From Vicinamibacterales bacterium (GTDB taxonomy: Bacteria > Acidobacteriota > Vicinamibacteria > Vicinamibacterales > 2-12-FULL-66-21), in NCBI GenBank assembly GCA_036556425.1, contig DATBJJ010000006.1:4266-68265 (forward strand): a stretch of DNA of 64,000 nt, read 5' to 3'. Position 1 is the stretch's first letter. Every line of letters begins with the position of its first letter. The translations under genes and the position numbers were made by a program. The notes under the pieces are model-generated. The model was not told where the DNA came from. It was given only the letters and a program-made list of their open reading frames with translations, and did no database searches. This document shows positions 42,686-52,288 of this stretch, piece after piece.

Positions 42686-43753
42686 CTAGTACATCTCCAT
42701 GAAGTTCAGCGCGCGGCACGCGAAGAACGGCAGATCGACGGAGACACGCTGATTGATGTCGATGCGGTTCAACTGCATGGGATCGGCGCCGCGGCGCACC
42801 AGGCCGGGAACGATCGTGAACGCCCCTCGGAAGCCGACCTTCTGCACGAACGCGCGGACGGCCGGTGTGCTCCTCCCGAACGGATACGCGAACACGGGCG
42901 CCGCGTTCGCGAGCGACGCTTCCGTGCGGGACTTGCTCCCCGCGATCTCGCGCTCCGCTGCCGCCTGTTCGCTGCGCTCGAGATTCACGTGGCTGACGGT
43001 ATGCGCGCCGAAGTGCATCCCCGCGGCCTCCATCTCGCGGATCTCGTCCCAGTTCATGAAGCGGCGCGGCTCGCGCAAGCTCTCCAGTTTGATCAGCCCC
43101 TCGAGCGCGTCCATGACGCGCGCGCGCTCCGCTTCGGGCTTCGCTCGCAGCGTCGTGACGTGCGCGGACAGGAACTGCCTGAATCGAGGCAGCCCCATCG
43201 CGAGAATCGCCGACAACTCCAATCGCGCCAGCACCTCGCTGACGGCGGACAGCTCTGACGCCGCAATCGCCCGATCGAGATGCCGCTGCATGACGTGCGC
43301 GAGGACGTATTTCAACCGCTCTTCCCAGAACCACGAGCCGCCATCGACGAAGTTCGTCGCCAGGAAGATCGTCGCCGGCACGTTGTGCTTCTTCAGGATC
43401 GGGAACGCGTGCGTGTAATTGTCCCGCCACCCATCGTCGAACGTCACGGCGCAGAGGCGATCGTCGAGCGTCCGTTGATCCGAGACCCGCTGCGCAAGCT
43501 CGCTCAGCGGAATCGCCGTGTAGTGGCGGCTCAGATACGCCATCTGCGCATCGAAGGCATCGCGCCGGACGCACATGCCTGACGGCGAGTAATCGAGCAA
43601 GTCGGGAGGCTCGTCGACGATACGGTGATACACGAGCACGACGGCGGAGGACCGCATGACGCGGCGGCGATACACGCCGAGCGCGCCCGTGTAGTAGAGC
43701 GCGTCCGCGAGCGCCCTCTGCGTCAGATGCTTGACCGTTCCTCTGAGGCCCAT
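42686..43753 (-). CDS. polysaccharide deacetylase (CE4/NodB family)
   Basis: ORF 42686..44053 trimmed to MGLRGTVKHL.... Features: TFDDGWRDNY, and HTVSH for the metal-site histidines. Confidence 0.85.
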   Translation of the reverse strand: MGLRGTVKHLTQRALADALYYTGALGVYRRRVMRSSAVVLVYHRIVDEPPDLLDYSPSGMCVRRDAFDAQMAYLSRHYTAIPLSELAQRVSDQRTLDDRLCAVTFDDGWRDNYTHAFPILKKHNVPATIFLATNFVDGGSWFWEERLKYVLAHVMQRHLDRAIAASELSAVSEVLARLELSAILAMGLPRFRQFLSAHVTTLRAKPEAERARVMDALEGLIKLESLREPRRFMNWDEIREMEAAGMHFGAHTVSHVNLERSEQAAAEREIAGSKSRTEASLANAAPVFAYPFGRSTPAVRAFVQKVGFRGAFTIVPGLVRRGADPMQLNRIDINQRVSVDLPFFACRALNFMEMY

Positions 43754-43767
43754 GCGTCGAGATCCGG

Positions 43768-44901
43768 CTACCGCCGCGACGGCGTCCAAAGCTCCTGCCG
43801 TACGCCGCGCCCGTATCGATACCAGGCGGCGAGCACAGCGGCGTTCACGGTCGAGAAATACAGCGCGATCTTTCCGAAGAGCGTGCGATCGATGCGGCCC
43901 CATTGCGCCAGCGCCGCCAGCGCCGCAAGGTAGAACGCGACTTGCACCGCGAGAATCGCTGAATACCACGGCGAGGGTAACAGGGCGATGGGCGTCACGA
44001 GCGCGAGCACGAGGAAGCAGGGCGCCAGCCACCGCATCACCTTGTGCGACCACAGCGCGAACGAGAACAGGCCGTAGCGGAACGGATTCAGCAAGTGCGC
44101 GTGCTCGAAGAGCGTCGTGATGCCGCGAAGCAGCGTGCGCACTTTACGCTCGAACTCGTCGCGCGGATCCTTCACGCTCGTCATCGCGCCGACGGCGTCC
44201 GGATCGCTAATCGCGCGCGCCCCCTGCTCGACGGTGCGCAGCACCGACAGAAAATCTGGCGCCAGCCCTTCGACGAACGGCGCGCAGAGCGATCGGCGCT
44301 GCGCGTAGAACGATCCGCTCGCGCCGACAATCGATCCCACTTCGGACTCGAGCCGCCGCAGCATGAGCTCGTACCGCCCGTACCACGCCTCGCCGCCGGA
44401 GCCCGCGATGCGATCCTCGCCGGACACGCAGCCGATCTCTGGATCGCCGAACCGCTGGACGATCTTGCGCAACGAATCCGGTTCGAGCGCGATCGACGCG
44501 TCGGAGAACACGAGGATCTCGTTCGTCGCATGTTGCAGACCGGCGTTCAACCCGGCCGCCTTGCCGCGGCGCTCGGGCAGCTCGATCACGGTCATCGTCG
44601 GCCGCGCCTGCGCCCGAATGATCTCGATCGTGCGATCCGTCGAGCCGTCGGACACGAAGAGAACCTGTAGACGGTCGGCGGGATACTCCAGCGCCGCCGT
44701 GTTCGCGATCTTTTTCTCGATGCGCGCCGCCTCGTTGTGGACGGGGATGATCATCGAGATCGTCGGGAGCTCGTCGCCGGCGACTCGTCCGCGCTCGCCG
44801 CCGCGGAGCCGCGATAGAACCCACAACGCCATCGGATAGCCGAAGTACGGATAGAGCACGCCGGCAACCGAGAGCCAGAAAATGAGTTCGATTCCCGTCA
44901 T
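43768..44901 (-). CDS. membrane-embedded family 2 glycosyltransferase
   Basis: 377 aa. An N-terminal TM helix, then ISMIIPVHNE...VSDGSTDRT...SDAS, then C-terminal TM helices. Confidence 0.9.
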   Translation of the reverse strand: MTGIELIFWLSVAGVLYPYFGYPMALWVLSRLRGGERGRVAGDELPTISMIIPVHNEAARIEKKIANTAALEYPADRLQVLFVSDGSTDRTIEIIRAQARPTMTVIELPERRGKAAGLNAGLQHATNEILVFSDASIALEPDSLRKIVQRFGDPEIGCVSGEDRIAGSGGEAWYGRYELMLRRLESEVGSIVGASGSFYAQRRSLCAPFVEGLAPDFLSVLRTVEQGARAISDPDAVGAMTSVKDPRDEFERKVRTLLRGITTLFEHAHLLNPFRYGLFSFALWSHKVMRWLAPCFLVLALVTPIALLPSPWYSAILAVQVAFYLAALAALAQWGRIDRTLFGKIALYFSTVNAAVLAAWYRYGRGVRQELWTPSRR

Positions 44902-45959
44902 AGCAACCCGACCACGCGGGCAAGGAACATCGGCGTCGTATTCGTCACGGCTTCGTGGATGTTCAAGCGGCGCACCGTGAAGGGCTCGTCGCTGCAGCTC
45001 ACGAAGCCGCGCTTGGTCGTGAACGCCAGGCGGTAGCCGGCATCCTCGACCTCGCGCGCGATCGGCGGCGTCCAGTACCCGTTTGGATAGCTGAACGTCG
45101 GGACCGTCTGAGCGAACTTGTCCTGCATCATCTGCTTCGAGCCGCGCACCTCGCGGCGCACGTCATCGTCAGAGACCTGCGTGAGCAGCAGATGGTCGAC
45201 GCCGTGCCCGCCGAACGAAATCCCGCCCACGGCCATCCGTTCGACGTCGGTCCAACCGATGAACCCGTCGACGTCGCTCAGATCGTCGAGACTCACCTTC
45301 AGCTCGCGCGCGAGCGCCTGCTGCAGGTCCTCGATCGACGAACGCGTCAGCCGCTTCTGCGACGCGATGGCATCGATGATCGCGGTGCGCGGGTCGGCGT
45401 CCGCCAGTTCGAGCAGATGCTCGAGCCCCGCGGGCTCGAGGATCCGCGCGAACGCGCCGCGCCGCGCCGGATTGCTTCGGACCTCCGCGACGACGCGCCG
45501 CAGCAGATGCGTGAGCGCTTCCTGCCAGAACAGCCGGCGGCTGCCGACGTAGTTCGCCGGCAGGAACACGAGCGCCGGCAGATTGTGCCGCTCGAGAATG
45601 GGCAGCGCGTTGTCGACATTGTCCTGCCAGCCGTCATCGAACGTGATCAAGCAGGACGAATTCTCGAAAGGGACCTTGCGCTCGAGCCGCGACGCGAACT
45701 CGTTGACCGTCAGCACCGAAAAGCGGCGCTTCAGAAGCGCCATCTGTCGGGCGAATGTCTCGCGTGAGACGACGAGCGCCGGATGCGAGCCGGTTCGCGC
45801 CAGCTCCTCGGGCGTCAGCACGCGGTGATACATGAGGATCACCGCTTTGCGCCGCATCACGATCCGCTGCCAGAGCTGGAGCAGACCGAGATAGTAGAGC
45901 GCGTGCGACACGACGACCTTGATCGCATAGTTCACGCGCTGCCGCGAGGTCATTCGCAC
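44898..45959 (-). CDS. polysaccharide deacetylase (CE4/NodB family)
   Basis: 353 aa with ITFDDGWQDN and FGGHGVDH. It is a paralog of 42686..43753. Confidence 0.85.
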   Translation of the reverse strand: MRMTSRQRVNYAIKVVVSHALYYLGLLQLWQRIVMRRKAVILMYHRVLTPEELARTGSHPALVVSRETFARQMALLKRRFSVLTVNEFASRLERKVPFENSSCLITFDDGWQDNVDNALPILERHNLPALVFLPANYVGSRRLFWQEALTHLLRRVVAEVRSNPARRGAFARILEPAGLEHLLELADADPRTAIIDAIASQKRLTRSSIEDLQQALARELKVSLDDLSDVDGFIGWTDVERMAVGGISFGGHGVDHLLLTQVSDDDVRREVRGSKQMMQDKFAQTVPTFSYPNGYWTPPIAREVEDAGYRLAFTTKRGFVSCSDEPFTVRRLNIHEAVTNTTPMFLARVVGLL

Positions 45960-45981
45960 GCGTCGTACTCTCGCGCCGCGA

Positions 45982-47178
45982 TCACGATCGGCGTACCGCG
46001 TCGCGTGCGGCGGTCCGGAACCACGCGTACGTCTCGAAGAACCACGGCCTGAGATCGCGCAGGCTCGGGTTCTCGTACCGAAGATCGGGCTGCCAGAACT
46101 TCACGAACTCTCGAATCGCGCCCCACCGGCTCTGGCCGCCGAGCGCGGCGACGCGCTGCCCGCCGAAGAGCGTCACGAGGAGCGAATCGACGTCTCCCCA
46201 GAGCCAGCGGCTGCGCACGCCGACACGATACGGCGCCTGACGCTGCACGCGCTCGCTCCGTGTCATCTCCACGAGCACCCGAGGGAAATCGACGCCCGCA
46301 TCGATCGCAAGCTGCAGCGATCCCCAGAACCTTCCGTTGATCTCCATCAGCTTCGGCACATCATCGCGCGCGTCCTGCTTGAACTCGACCATCGCCACGC
46401 CGTGCCAGCCGATCTCGTCGAGCAGCCGCGTGGCGTAGTCGCTGGCGAGCGGCGGGAGCGGCACGCTCTCGGACAGCACGCTGACGCCGCCCCACGGTGG
46501 ACGCTCTCTCAGCCGCCGATGGCTGAAGAGGGCCACCGCGCGGCCCTCTTGATAGCAGGCGAAGACGCCGACGCCCGGGCCGGCGATCCGCTCCTGCAGC
46601 ATGACGGGAAACTCGTGCTTCGGCCGCCGCTTCAATTCGCGCACGAGGTTGTCGAAGCTGTCCGCGTAGCCGACCGCGGTGGAGACCCATCCCGCGGGCG
46701 TGCGCACGCGCGATTTCCACGGCTTGATGACCACCGGGTACGGAAACTCCGGCCGCGGAATCGAGTCCGCGTCGCAGACGATCATGGTCCGCGGCACGGG
46801 CACGCCGATCCGCATCGCCGTCTGCATCAAGTCGACCTTGTTCGCGGCGCGCTGAACGATCTCCGCGCTCGCGAACGGAATCGCGCACCGGCGATCGAAG
46901 CAATCGCGGTTCTCCGTCACGAGGAACGTCGTGATGTCGGAGACCGGAAGCAGCACATCGATCGCGCGCGCCTTCACGGCGGACGCGAGGAACGCGACGA
47001 ACTCGTCGGACCGCGTCACGGGATCCGGATAGACGAGGCGATCCGAACAGTACCGCGACGTCTGCGCGAGCGACGGCGTTTCTTTTTCGCCGACGACGAC
47101 CGTGTGGCCCGCGCGTCCGAGCGATCGCGTGATGGCCAACGCGGCGCGATTGCCGCCGTCGGTGACGAGAACCTTCAT
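45982..47178 (-). CDS. ATP-grasp enzyme
   Basis: ORF 45982..47661 trimmed to MKVLVTDGGNRAAL... (ATG 47178, an ATGA overlap). ATP-grasp core: PVVIKP...MLQERI...MEINGRFWGS. Confidence 0.8.
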   Translation of the reverse strand: MKVLVTDGGNRAALAITRSLGRAGHTVVVGEKETPSLAQTSRYCSDRLVYPDPVTRSDEFVAFLASAVKARAIDVLLPVSDITTFLVTENRDCFDRRCAIPFASAEIVQRAANKVDLMQTAMRIGVPVPRTMIVCDADSIPRPEFPYPVVIKPWKSRVRTPAGWVSTAVGYADSFDNLVRELKRRPKHEFPVMLQERIAGPGVGVFACYQEGRAVALFSHRRLRERPPWGGVSVLSESVPLPPLASDYATRLLDEIGWHGVAMVEFKQDARDDVPKLMEINGRFWGSLQLAIDAGVDFPRVLVEMTRSERVQRQAPYRVGVRSRWLWGDVDSLLVTLFGGQRVAALGGQSRWGAIREFVKFWQPDLRYENPSLRDLRPWFFETYAWFRTAARDAVRRS

Positions 47179-47993
47179 GCAGCTGTGAGCCAGTCGAGCG
47201 TCACCGCGAAGAGATTCGGCGCCTCGTCGTAGAACCGCAGAATCTCCTTCCAGAACGGCTCTTCCTGCGCGCTGGTCAGCGTCGGCGATGCGAGCGAGTA
47301 CGACGCCGCGAGCTGCTGCAGCTCGGGAACCGGGCGGTTCGGCTGACGATCGACGTTCACGATCAGACAGCGGGCGGCATGGCGCTTCGGCGCCGCCGCC
47401 AGCTTCACGGCGGACACCTCCGCATACATCGGCAGCGCGATGTCGTAGCCGTCGACGTTGACGGTGCCGCCGTTCTCCATCACTTGCACGAGCGCGGCGC
47501 GATCCTGCCGGATCTCCTTGTGCGTCGCCATCTGCGTGGTGAGGTTCGAGCGCAGGAGCTCCTGCATGTACCGGGCGCCGTCGACGATGGGCGCCCACAG
47601 CACGAGCCGATCGATGTCTGCGGCATCCTCGGCGGCGAGGCTCGCAACCATCGCGCCCCACCGCAGCCCGAGCAGATTCACCGTGCGGACGCCCGTTCGG
47701 CGCCGGACCTCGTCGATCGCGGCACGAACGTCAGCCACCGCCGAGGCCAGCGAGGACTCCGGAAACGCTCCTCCGCTGTCCCCGTTTCCCATGTAGTCGA
47801 AGCGGAGCACCGGATGACCGTCAGCCGCCAGCCGCCGCGCGAACGAGACGAACACGCGGTGCGTCCAGAGCTTTTCCTCGCCAAACGGATGACAGAAGAC
47901 GTACGCGGAGCTTGGGGCGCTGCCAGCGGCCTCGTGCAGGATCGCGAACAACCGGCTGTTCCCGTGGGAAAAGTAAAACGGCGTCTCGGTCAT
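47175..47993 (-). CDS. alpha/beta hydrolase, exosortase-locus type (hydrolase-2-like)
   Basis: 272 aa (FCHPFGEEKLW...VLRFDYMGNGDSGG) with a nucleophile elbow GLRWG. Confidence 0.75.
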   Translation of the reverse strand: MTETPFYFSHGNSRLFAILHEAAGSAPSSAYVFCHPFGEEKLWTHRVFVSFARRLAADGHPVLRFDYMGNGDSGGAFPESSLASAVADVRAAIDEVRRRTGVRTVNLLGLRWGAMVASLAAEDAADIDRLVLWAPIVDGARYMQELLRSNLTTQMATHKEIRQDRAALVQVMENGGTVNVDGYDIALPMYAEVSAVKLAAAPKRHAARCLIVNVDRQPNRPVPELQQLAASYSLASPTLTSAQEEPFWKEILRFYDEAPNLFAVTLDWLTAA

Positions 47994-48024
47994 GCGCAGG
48001 TCGTCGCGTGTCCCACCGCCGCGC

Positions 48025-48675
48025 TCAGCCGCGCGACGCCGACGTACGACGGCGTCGAATGGCGAGCCCGGCCGCCGCCGGCGCGAGCAGCAACAGCGTC
48101 ATCGGCTCGGGCACGTTCGCCCGCCGCATCGCGGTCGCATGATAGAGATAGCTGGTTGGATCGCCGTCGTAGCGATCGGACAGGATTCGATACGACCCTG
48201 AATAGCAGCACGAACCAAGGTCATACAGGAGATCGGGCTGCACCCAATATCCGCCCTGAAGGGCCGTGCCGAGATTCGTGAACGGTCCGAGCTGCCAGCC
48301 CGTGGCAACGCTCCCGAGCGCCGGCTTGATGTTCCCGAGCGCCTCGTAGAACAAGTGCTCGAGATAGTTCGCTTTCGTTCTCAACGGCGCATCCGCCGGA
48401 CCGCTGCCGCTCGCGAGCTCCCAGTCGTTGTGGCCGAGATACGAGACGGCGTTGAGGTGATTGATCCAACGCTGCGCGTCATTCCACGACATTCGTCCAT
48501 CGCTGTCGAAGCCCGTGGTCATTGCCGTGTTCATATCCTGCAGGAAAGCCATCCCAATCGTGTCGTCGAGCACCGTTCCATCGCCGACCACGATCAAGCT
48601 CGCGCTCGCGGGACGAGCGCCGACACACAAGAGCATCCAAACCAGAACGACAACGACTTTCGACCAACGAGCCAT
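48025..48675 (-). CDS. DUF1566-like PEP-CTERM protein (paralog of 28202..28870)
   Basis: ORF 48025..48861 trimmed to MARWSKVVVVLVWMLL.... C-terminal VPEPMTLLLLAPAAAGLAIRRRR. Confidence 0.85.
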   Translation of the reverse strand: MARWSKVVVVLVWMLLCVGARPASASLIVVGDGTVLDDTIGMAFLQDMNTAMTTGFDSDGRMSWNDAQRWINHLNAVSYLGHNDWELASGSGPADAPLRTKANYLEHLFYEALGNIKPALGSVATGWQLGPFTNLGTALQGGYWVQPDLLYDLGSCCYSGSYRILSDRYDGDPTSYLYHATAMRRANVPEPMTLLLLAPAAAGLAIRRRRTSASRG

Positions 48676-48688
48676 GGCGGGATCCTTT

Positions 48689-50035
48689 CTACCGTACGAG
48701 ATGCGCTTCGAGCACAGGCTTCGCGTAAGCGGTAATAGCCGCGTAGCCTGCCGGCGTGATGTGGCTGCCGTCTTCGTTCGTGAACTCGCGGCGCCGTCGT
48801 CCTCCCTCTTCGGCGAGCGCGTTGTGGAGATCGAGCACGAGAAGGTTCTTCTGCTTGGCAAAGTCCACGAGCCACCGGTTCGTGGCCATGACGTGCCGGT
48901 TGATGACGTCCTGATACGCTTCCTTCCCCATCACCCAGCCGATCCACGATCCGATCGTCTCCGACCATGAATCTTTCGGCCGCACGGTGACTTCGGTCGC
49001 GAGAATCGTCTCGATTCCGCTGGCGTGCGCCTGTTCGACCATGCGCGTGTAGTTCTTCCGCACGCGCTCCGTCGCGGCATCCGACTCGGTCGGCGCCGCG
49101 CGGAAGATATCGTTGATGAAGCCCCAGATGATCACGGTCCGCGGATTCGCGGCGACCACGTCGCGGTCGAACCGGCCGACGAGCTCCGCCGTCTGCTCGC
49201 CGGCAACGCCGCGATTGATCACCTCGACGCCCGACAATGTCCTGAGATCCCAGTTCTTCGCGTACGACGCGCCGAGCAGCACGATCGGCCGGCTCGGCGT
49301 CTTCGGCGTCTGCTGCGGATTCATTCCCGACGTCGGTACCATCGCGATTCTGCTCTCGTGGCTCTCGTTACGGTTCGTGGCGTCCGCGCCTTCTTTGATC
49401 CACCCGCGCCAGCGGTAGTACGACAGCGCGAGGAACTCGCGCATGCCGGCCGTCAACATCGAGACGTTGTCGGGATGGCCTTCGTAAATCGGTACGGACG
49501 CGCGCTCGACGTCGAACCCGAGCGAGGCGAAAACCCCCGCGGACCTCCGCATGTGGAGGCGATCGGTGACGAGGAGCACACGCTGCGCGCCGATCTGCCG
49601 CAGCATGGGCGCGCTGCGCTCTCCGTTCTGGCGAGTGTTGTACGAGTTCGACTCCACCAGCACGTTCGAGGCGGGCACGCCGAGCTCGCGCGCGAGCTGC
49701 GCCATCGCGACTCCGACCGGACAGGACGGCCCCGTGCCGCCGCCCGTGAACACCATCACCGGCGCTCGCCCCTCGCGCCAGACGCGGACCCCGAGGAGCG
49801 TTCGACGAACGCCGTTCTGGTTGGGAACGCATTCCCCGACGACGCCCGCGCCCAGCACGACGATCGCGTCGGCCTTGCCTGCGGTATCGCTCGCGAGCAG
49901 CGGGCTGATCAAGTAGTCCGCCACGGTCGTGCGGTTGATCGCGAGGCGGCCGAAATAGACGGCCGCCAAACCGCAGACGAATCCGGCCGCGAAGCGATGA
50001 CGCCTGACGAATCCTGCGATCGATCCAATCTTCAT
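48689..50035 (-). CDS. fusion protein: DUF218 (YdcF/ElyC-like) domain plus SGNH hydrolase domain
   Basis: ORF 48689..50110 trimmed to MKIGSIAGFV.... The DUF218 core is AIVVLGAGV...VFTGGG...NTRQN...VTDRLHMRR. The C-terminal half has a GDSL-type layout (LLGASYAKNW...GVAGE...WGFINDI). Confidence 0.7.
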   Translation of the reverse strand: MKIGSIAGFVRRHRFAAGFVCGLAAVYFGRLAINRTTVADYLISPLLASDTAGKADAIVVLGAGVVGECVPNQNGVRRTLLGVRVWREGRAPVMVFTGGGTGPSCPVGVAMAQLARELGVPASNVLVESNSYNTRQNGERSAPMLRQIGAQRVLLVTDRLHMRRSAGVFASLGFDVERASVPIYEGHPDNVSMLTAGMREFLALSYYRWRGWIKEGADATNRNESHESRIAMVPTSGMNPQQTPKTPSRPIVLLGASYAKNWDLRTLSGVEVINRGVAGEQTAELVGRFDRDVVAANPRTVIIWGFINDIFRAAPTESDAATERVRKNYTRMVEQAHASGIETILATEVTVRPKDSWSETIGSWIGWVMGKEAYQDVINRHVMATNRWLVDFAKQKNLLVLDLHNALAEEGGRRRREFTNEDGSHITPAGYAAITAYAKPVLEAHLVR

Positions 50036-50096
50036 GCGGCGGCGCTCTGTTGCCCGAACCGGCTGATCATGTGTCCCAAGTTGCGCCGGGAGCGAC

Positions 50097-51467
50097 TCAC
50101 GCCACAGCATCTCGCTTCACCACCGCTCTTTCGCCGTCGCGCGCGAGCGCACCCGATCGCGGCACGTCGGACCGGCATCCAAGGATGAACTCGTAGTCGG
50201 CCCGGAACCGCGCACGGCACGACGGATCCTTGTACGCCAGGTTTGGCGAATTCGTCTTTTCGACGATCCCTTCCGTGTAGCGTCCGCCGGCCGAGGTCAC
50301 CGCGCGCGCCAGCGCGTCGTTCAGGATCCGCGTCGCGTTCGCGCTGCCCGTATGCTCGAGGACCCACTCGCGCGGCGTGAACCGGTCGTAATGGTCGATC
50401 ATGTCCACGATCTTCGCCGGAAGCTCAGCGTCCGAGGCCAACACACCGGTCGACGCGTTGATGCGGCTACGCGCGCCCCCGATCGTCTTGTCATAAACGA
50501 TCGCGGGGACGCCGGCGAACATCGCCTCGACGAGGGCTTTGTTATCCCCTTCTTTGCGCGACAAGAACACGAACACCTTGCTCTGGCTGACGTGCGCGGC
50601 GACCTCGGTCGGCGGCAGGTTCTCGATGATGTCGAGGTGCATTCCCGGCGGTCCGAACCGTTCGGCTTCGCGGCGCACGTCCGCGGCGGTCCGGTTCGCC
50701 CACGCAAATCCGATCAGCAGCACACGCACCTGGCGGTCGCGAATCTCGTGCAGCGCGCGAAAGAGCTGCGCATGGCGCTTGTGCGGCGCCCAGTTGGCGA
50801 CCATCACGAGGTCGTACGACTTCTTCTCTGCTGCGGGCTTGAAGAGGTCAGCGTCGACCCAATCCGCCGGCCCAAGCCGGATCGGGACGAGCGGCCCACC
50901 AGTCTCCGCGACGAATCGATAATCCTCTTCGGTGAAGCATTGCACGAGCACCGGATTGCCCGGTGCGATGTACATCAGCAAGCTTGGATCACAATAGCCC
51001 GCCCAGCACGGCTCGAGGACGAACGTGTAGCGCTTCATCAGCCGCGGCAGGTCGAACATCGACGCCACCGCATTGAACGTCCTGACGTACTTCAGCAGGA
51101 TCACGCCTTTCTCTTCGGCGGTCGCGCGCTTCAAGACGATCAGGTCGCGCCAGAGATCGTGCGGACCTTTTCCAGTCAGCGCGTACAGCGAGGCGCACGC
51201 GGCCGACGCGGGGTCGGCCCGGTACGAGTCGAGGACGACGTTCCTTGGTTCGCGGCGGAGCGTCGCAATCGTCTCGTTCACGACGCGCTCGGCTATACGG
51301 CCGAAGGGCCCGACGTTGGAGACGCGCGTCACCCAACACAAATCGCCGAGCGCGCGATACAGATTGCCGCTGCCGAGCGCCATCCGCCCGCGCGTCGTCA
51401 TCGCGGCCGCGATCAATCCGCGTGCGGCGCGATACTCGAAGACGGCTTCCTGCAGGGACCGAGTCAT
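50097..51467 (-). CDS. glycosyltransferase (GT-B, GT4-like C-terminal half) with a divergent N-terminal domain
   Basis: ORF 50097..51677 trimmed to MTRSLQEAVFEY... (an ATGA overlap). C-terminal motif: VFVFLSRKEGDNKALVEAMFAGVPAIV. Confidence 0.65.
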   Translation of the reverse strand: MTRSLQEAVFEYRAARGLIAAAMTTRGRMALGSGNLYRALGDLCWVTRVSNVGPFGRIAERVVNETIATLRREPRNVVLDSYRADPASAACASLYALTGKGPHDLWRDLIVLKRATAEEKGVILLKYVRTFNAVASMFDLPRLMKRYTFVLEPCWAGYCDPSLLMYIAPGNPVLVQCFTEEDYRFVAETGGPLVPIRLGPADWVDADLFKPAAEKKSYDLVMVANWAPHKRHAQLFRALHEIRDRQVRVLLIGFAWANRTAADVRREAERFGPPGMHLDIIENLPPTEVAAHVSQSKVFVFLSRKEGDNKALVEAMFAGVPAIVYDKTIGGARSRINASTGVLASDAELPAKIVDMIDHYDRFTPREWVLEHTGSANATRILNDALARAVTSAGGRYTEGIVEKTNSPNLAYKDPSCRARFRADYEFILGCRSDVPRSGALARDGERAVVKRDAVA

Positions 51468-52288
51468 CGCGCAGACCGAGGTTGCTTCTTCTCGAAAACC
51501 AGGAGGTTGCCGAACGCGGGACCAGGCAGACGCACGAAACGGAACCAGACGTCGTTGGCGGCGTGAATCGCGCGGCGCACGGGACGCCACGGCATGAGCG
51601 CATACATCTCCGTGAACTGACCGGAGCGGCGCGTCTTCAGCGCGAGACCGAGCCTGTCGCATTCGGCGACGAACCACTTCATATCGAGTTGGCGCGTCAG
51701 CAGCGTTCCCTGCGGCGTCGCCTCGTGGGACTCGAGCCCGGCTGGAACGCGCTCGACGCGCGCTCGCCCCTTGCCGAGTATCCGCTTCAGCCCTCGCAGC
51801 GCGATCGACTGCGCCGAATACATGTTGCCCTCGCTCAGCACGAGCTTTCCGCCTGGTGCGAGCACCCGCGTCAATTCAGAGAGGGCGCGGTGAAGCTCGG
51901 GCACGTGCATGAGCACGCCCCAGCACACCGCGTACTTGAACTGACCGTCCTCGAACGGGAGACGAAGGAGATCGCCCTGCCGCAGCGTGATCTTGTCGTC
52001 GAGCCCACGCGCGTGAATGGTCTTCTTCGCGAGATCCAACGCGTTCTGCGAAAAATCGGTGGCCACCACGTGAAAGCCGCGCGCCGCGAGCAGAACGGAT
52101 TTCGCGCAGCTCCCGCAGCCCGCGTCGAGAATCGTCGACCCGGCCGGAGCGCTCAGCTCGCGCGCAATCGCATCGAACGCGACCTCGTAGAAGCCCTGCG
52201 CTTCCGGCGTCCGATACATCGAGACCCACTGCTCGTGGATCGCGGCATCGGCAAGCGCATCACGCACGACGTTCGGAGCGCTGCTCAT
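51464..52288 (-). CDS. class I SAM-dependent methyltransferase
   Basis: ORF 51464..53332 trimmed to MSSAPNVVRD... (an ATGA overlap). Motif I: ILDAGCGSC. Confidence 0.8.
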   Translation of the reverse strand: MSSAPNVVRDALADAAIHEQWVSMYRTPEAQGFYEVAFDAIARELSAPAGSTILDAGCGSCAKSVLLAARGFHVVATDFSQNALDLAKKTIHARGLDDKITLRQGDLLRLPFEDGQFKYAVCWGVLMHVPELHRALSELTRVLAPGGKLVLSEGNMYSAQSIALRGLKRILGKGRARVERVPAGLESHEATPQGTLLTRQLDMKWFVAECDRLGLALKTRRSGQFTEMYALMPWRPVRRAIHAANDVWFRFVRLPGPAFGNLLVFEKKQPRSAR

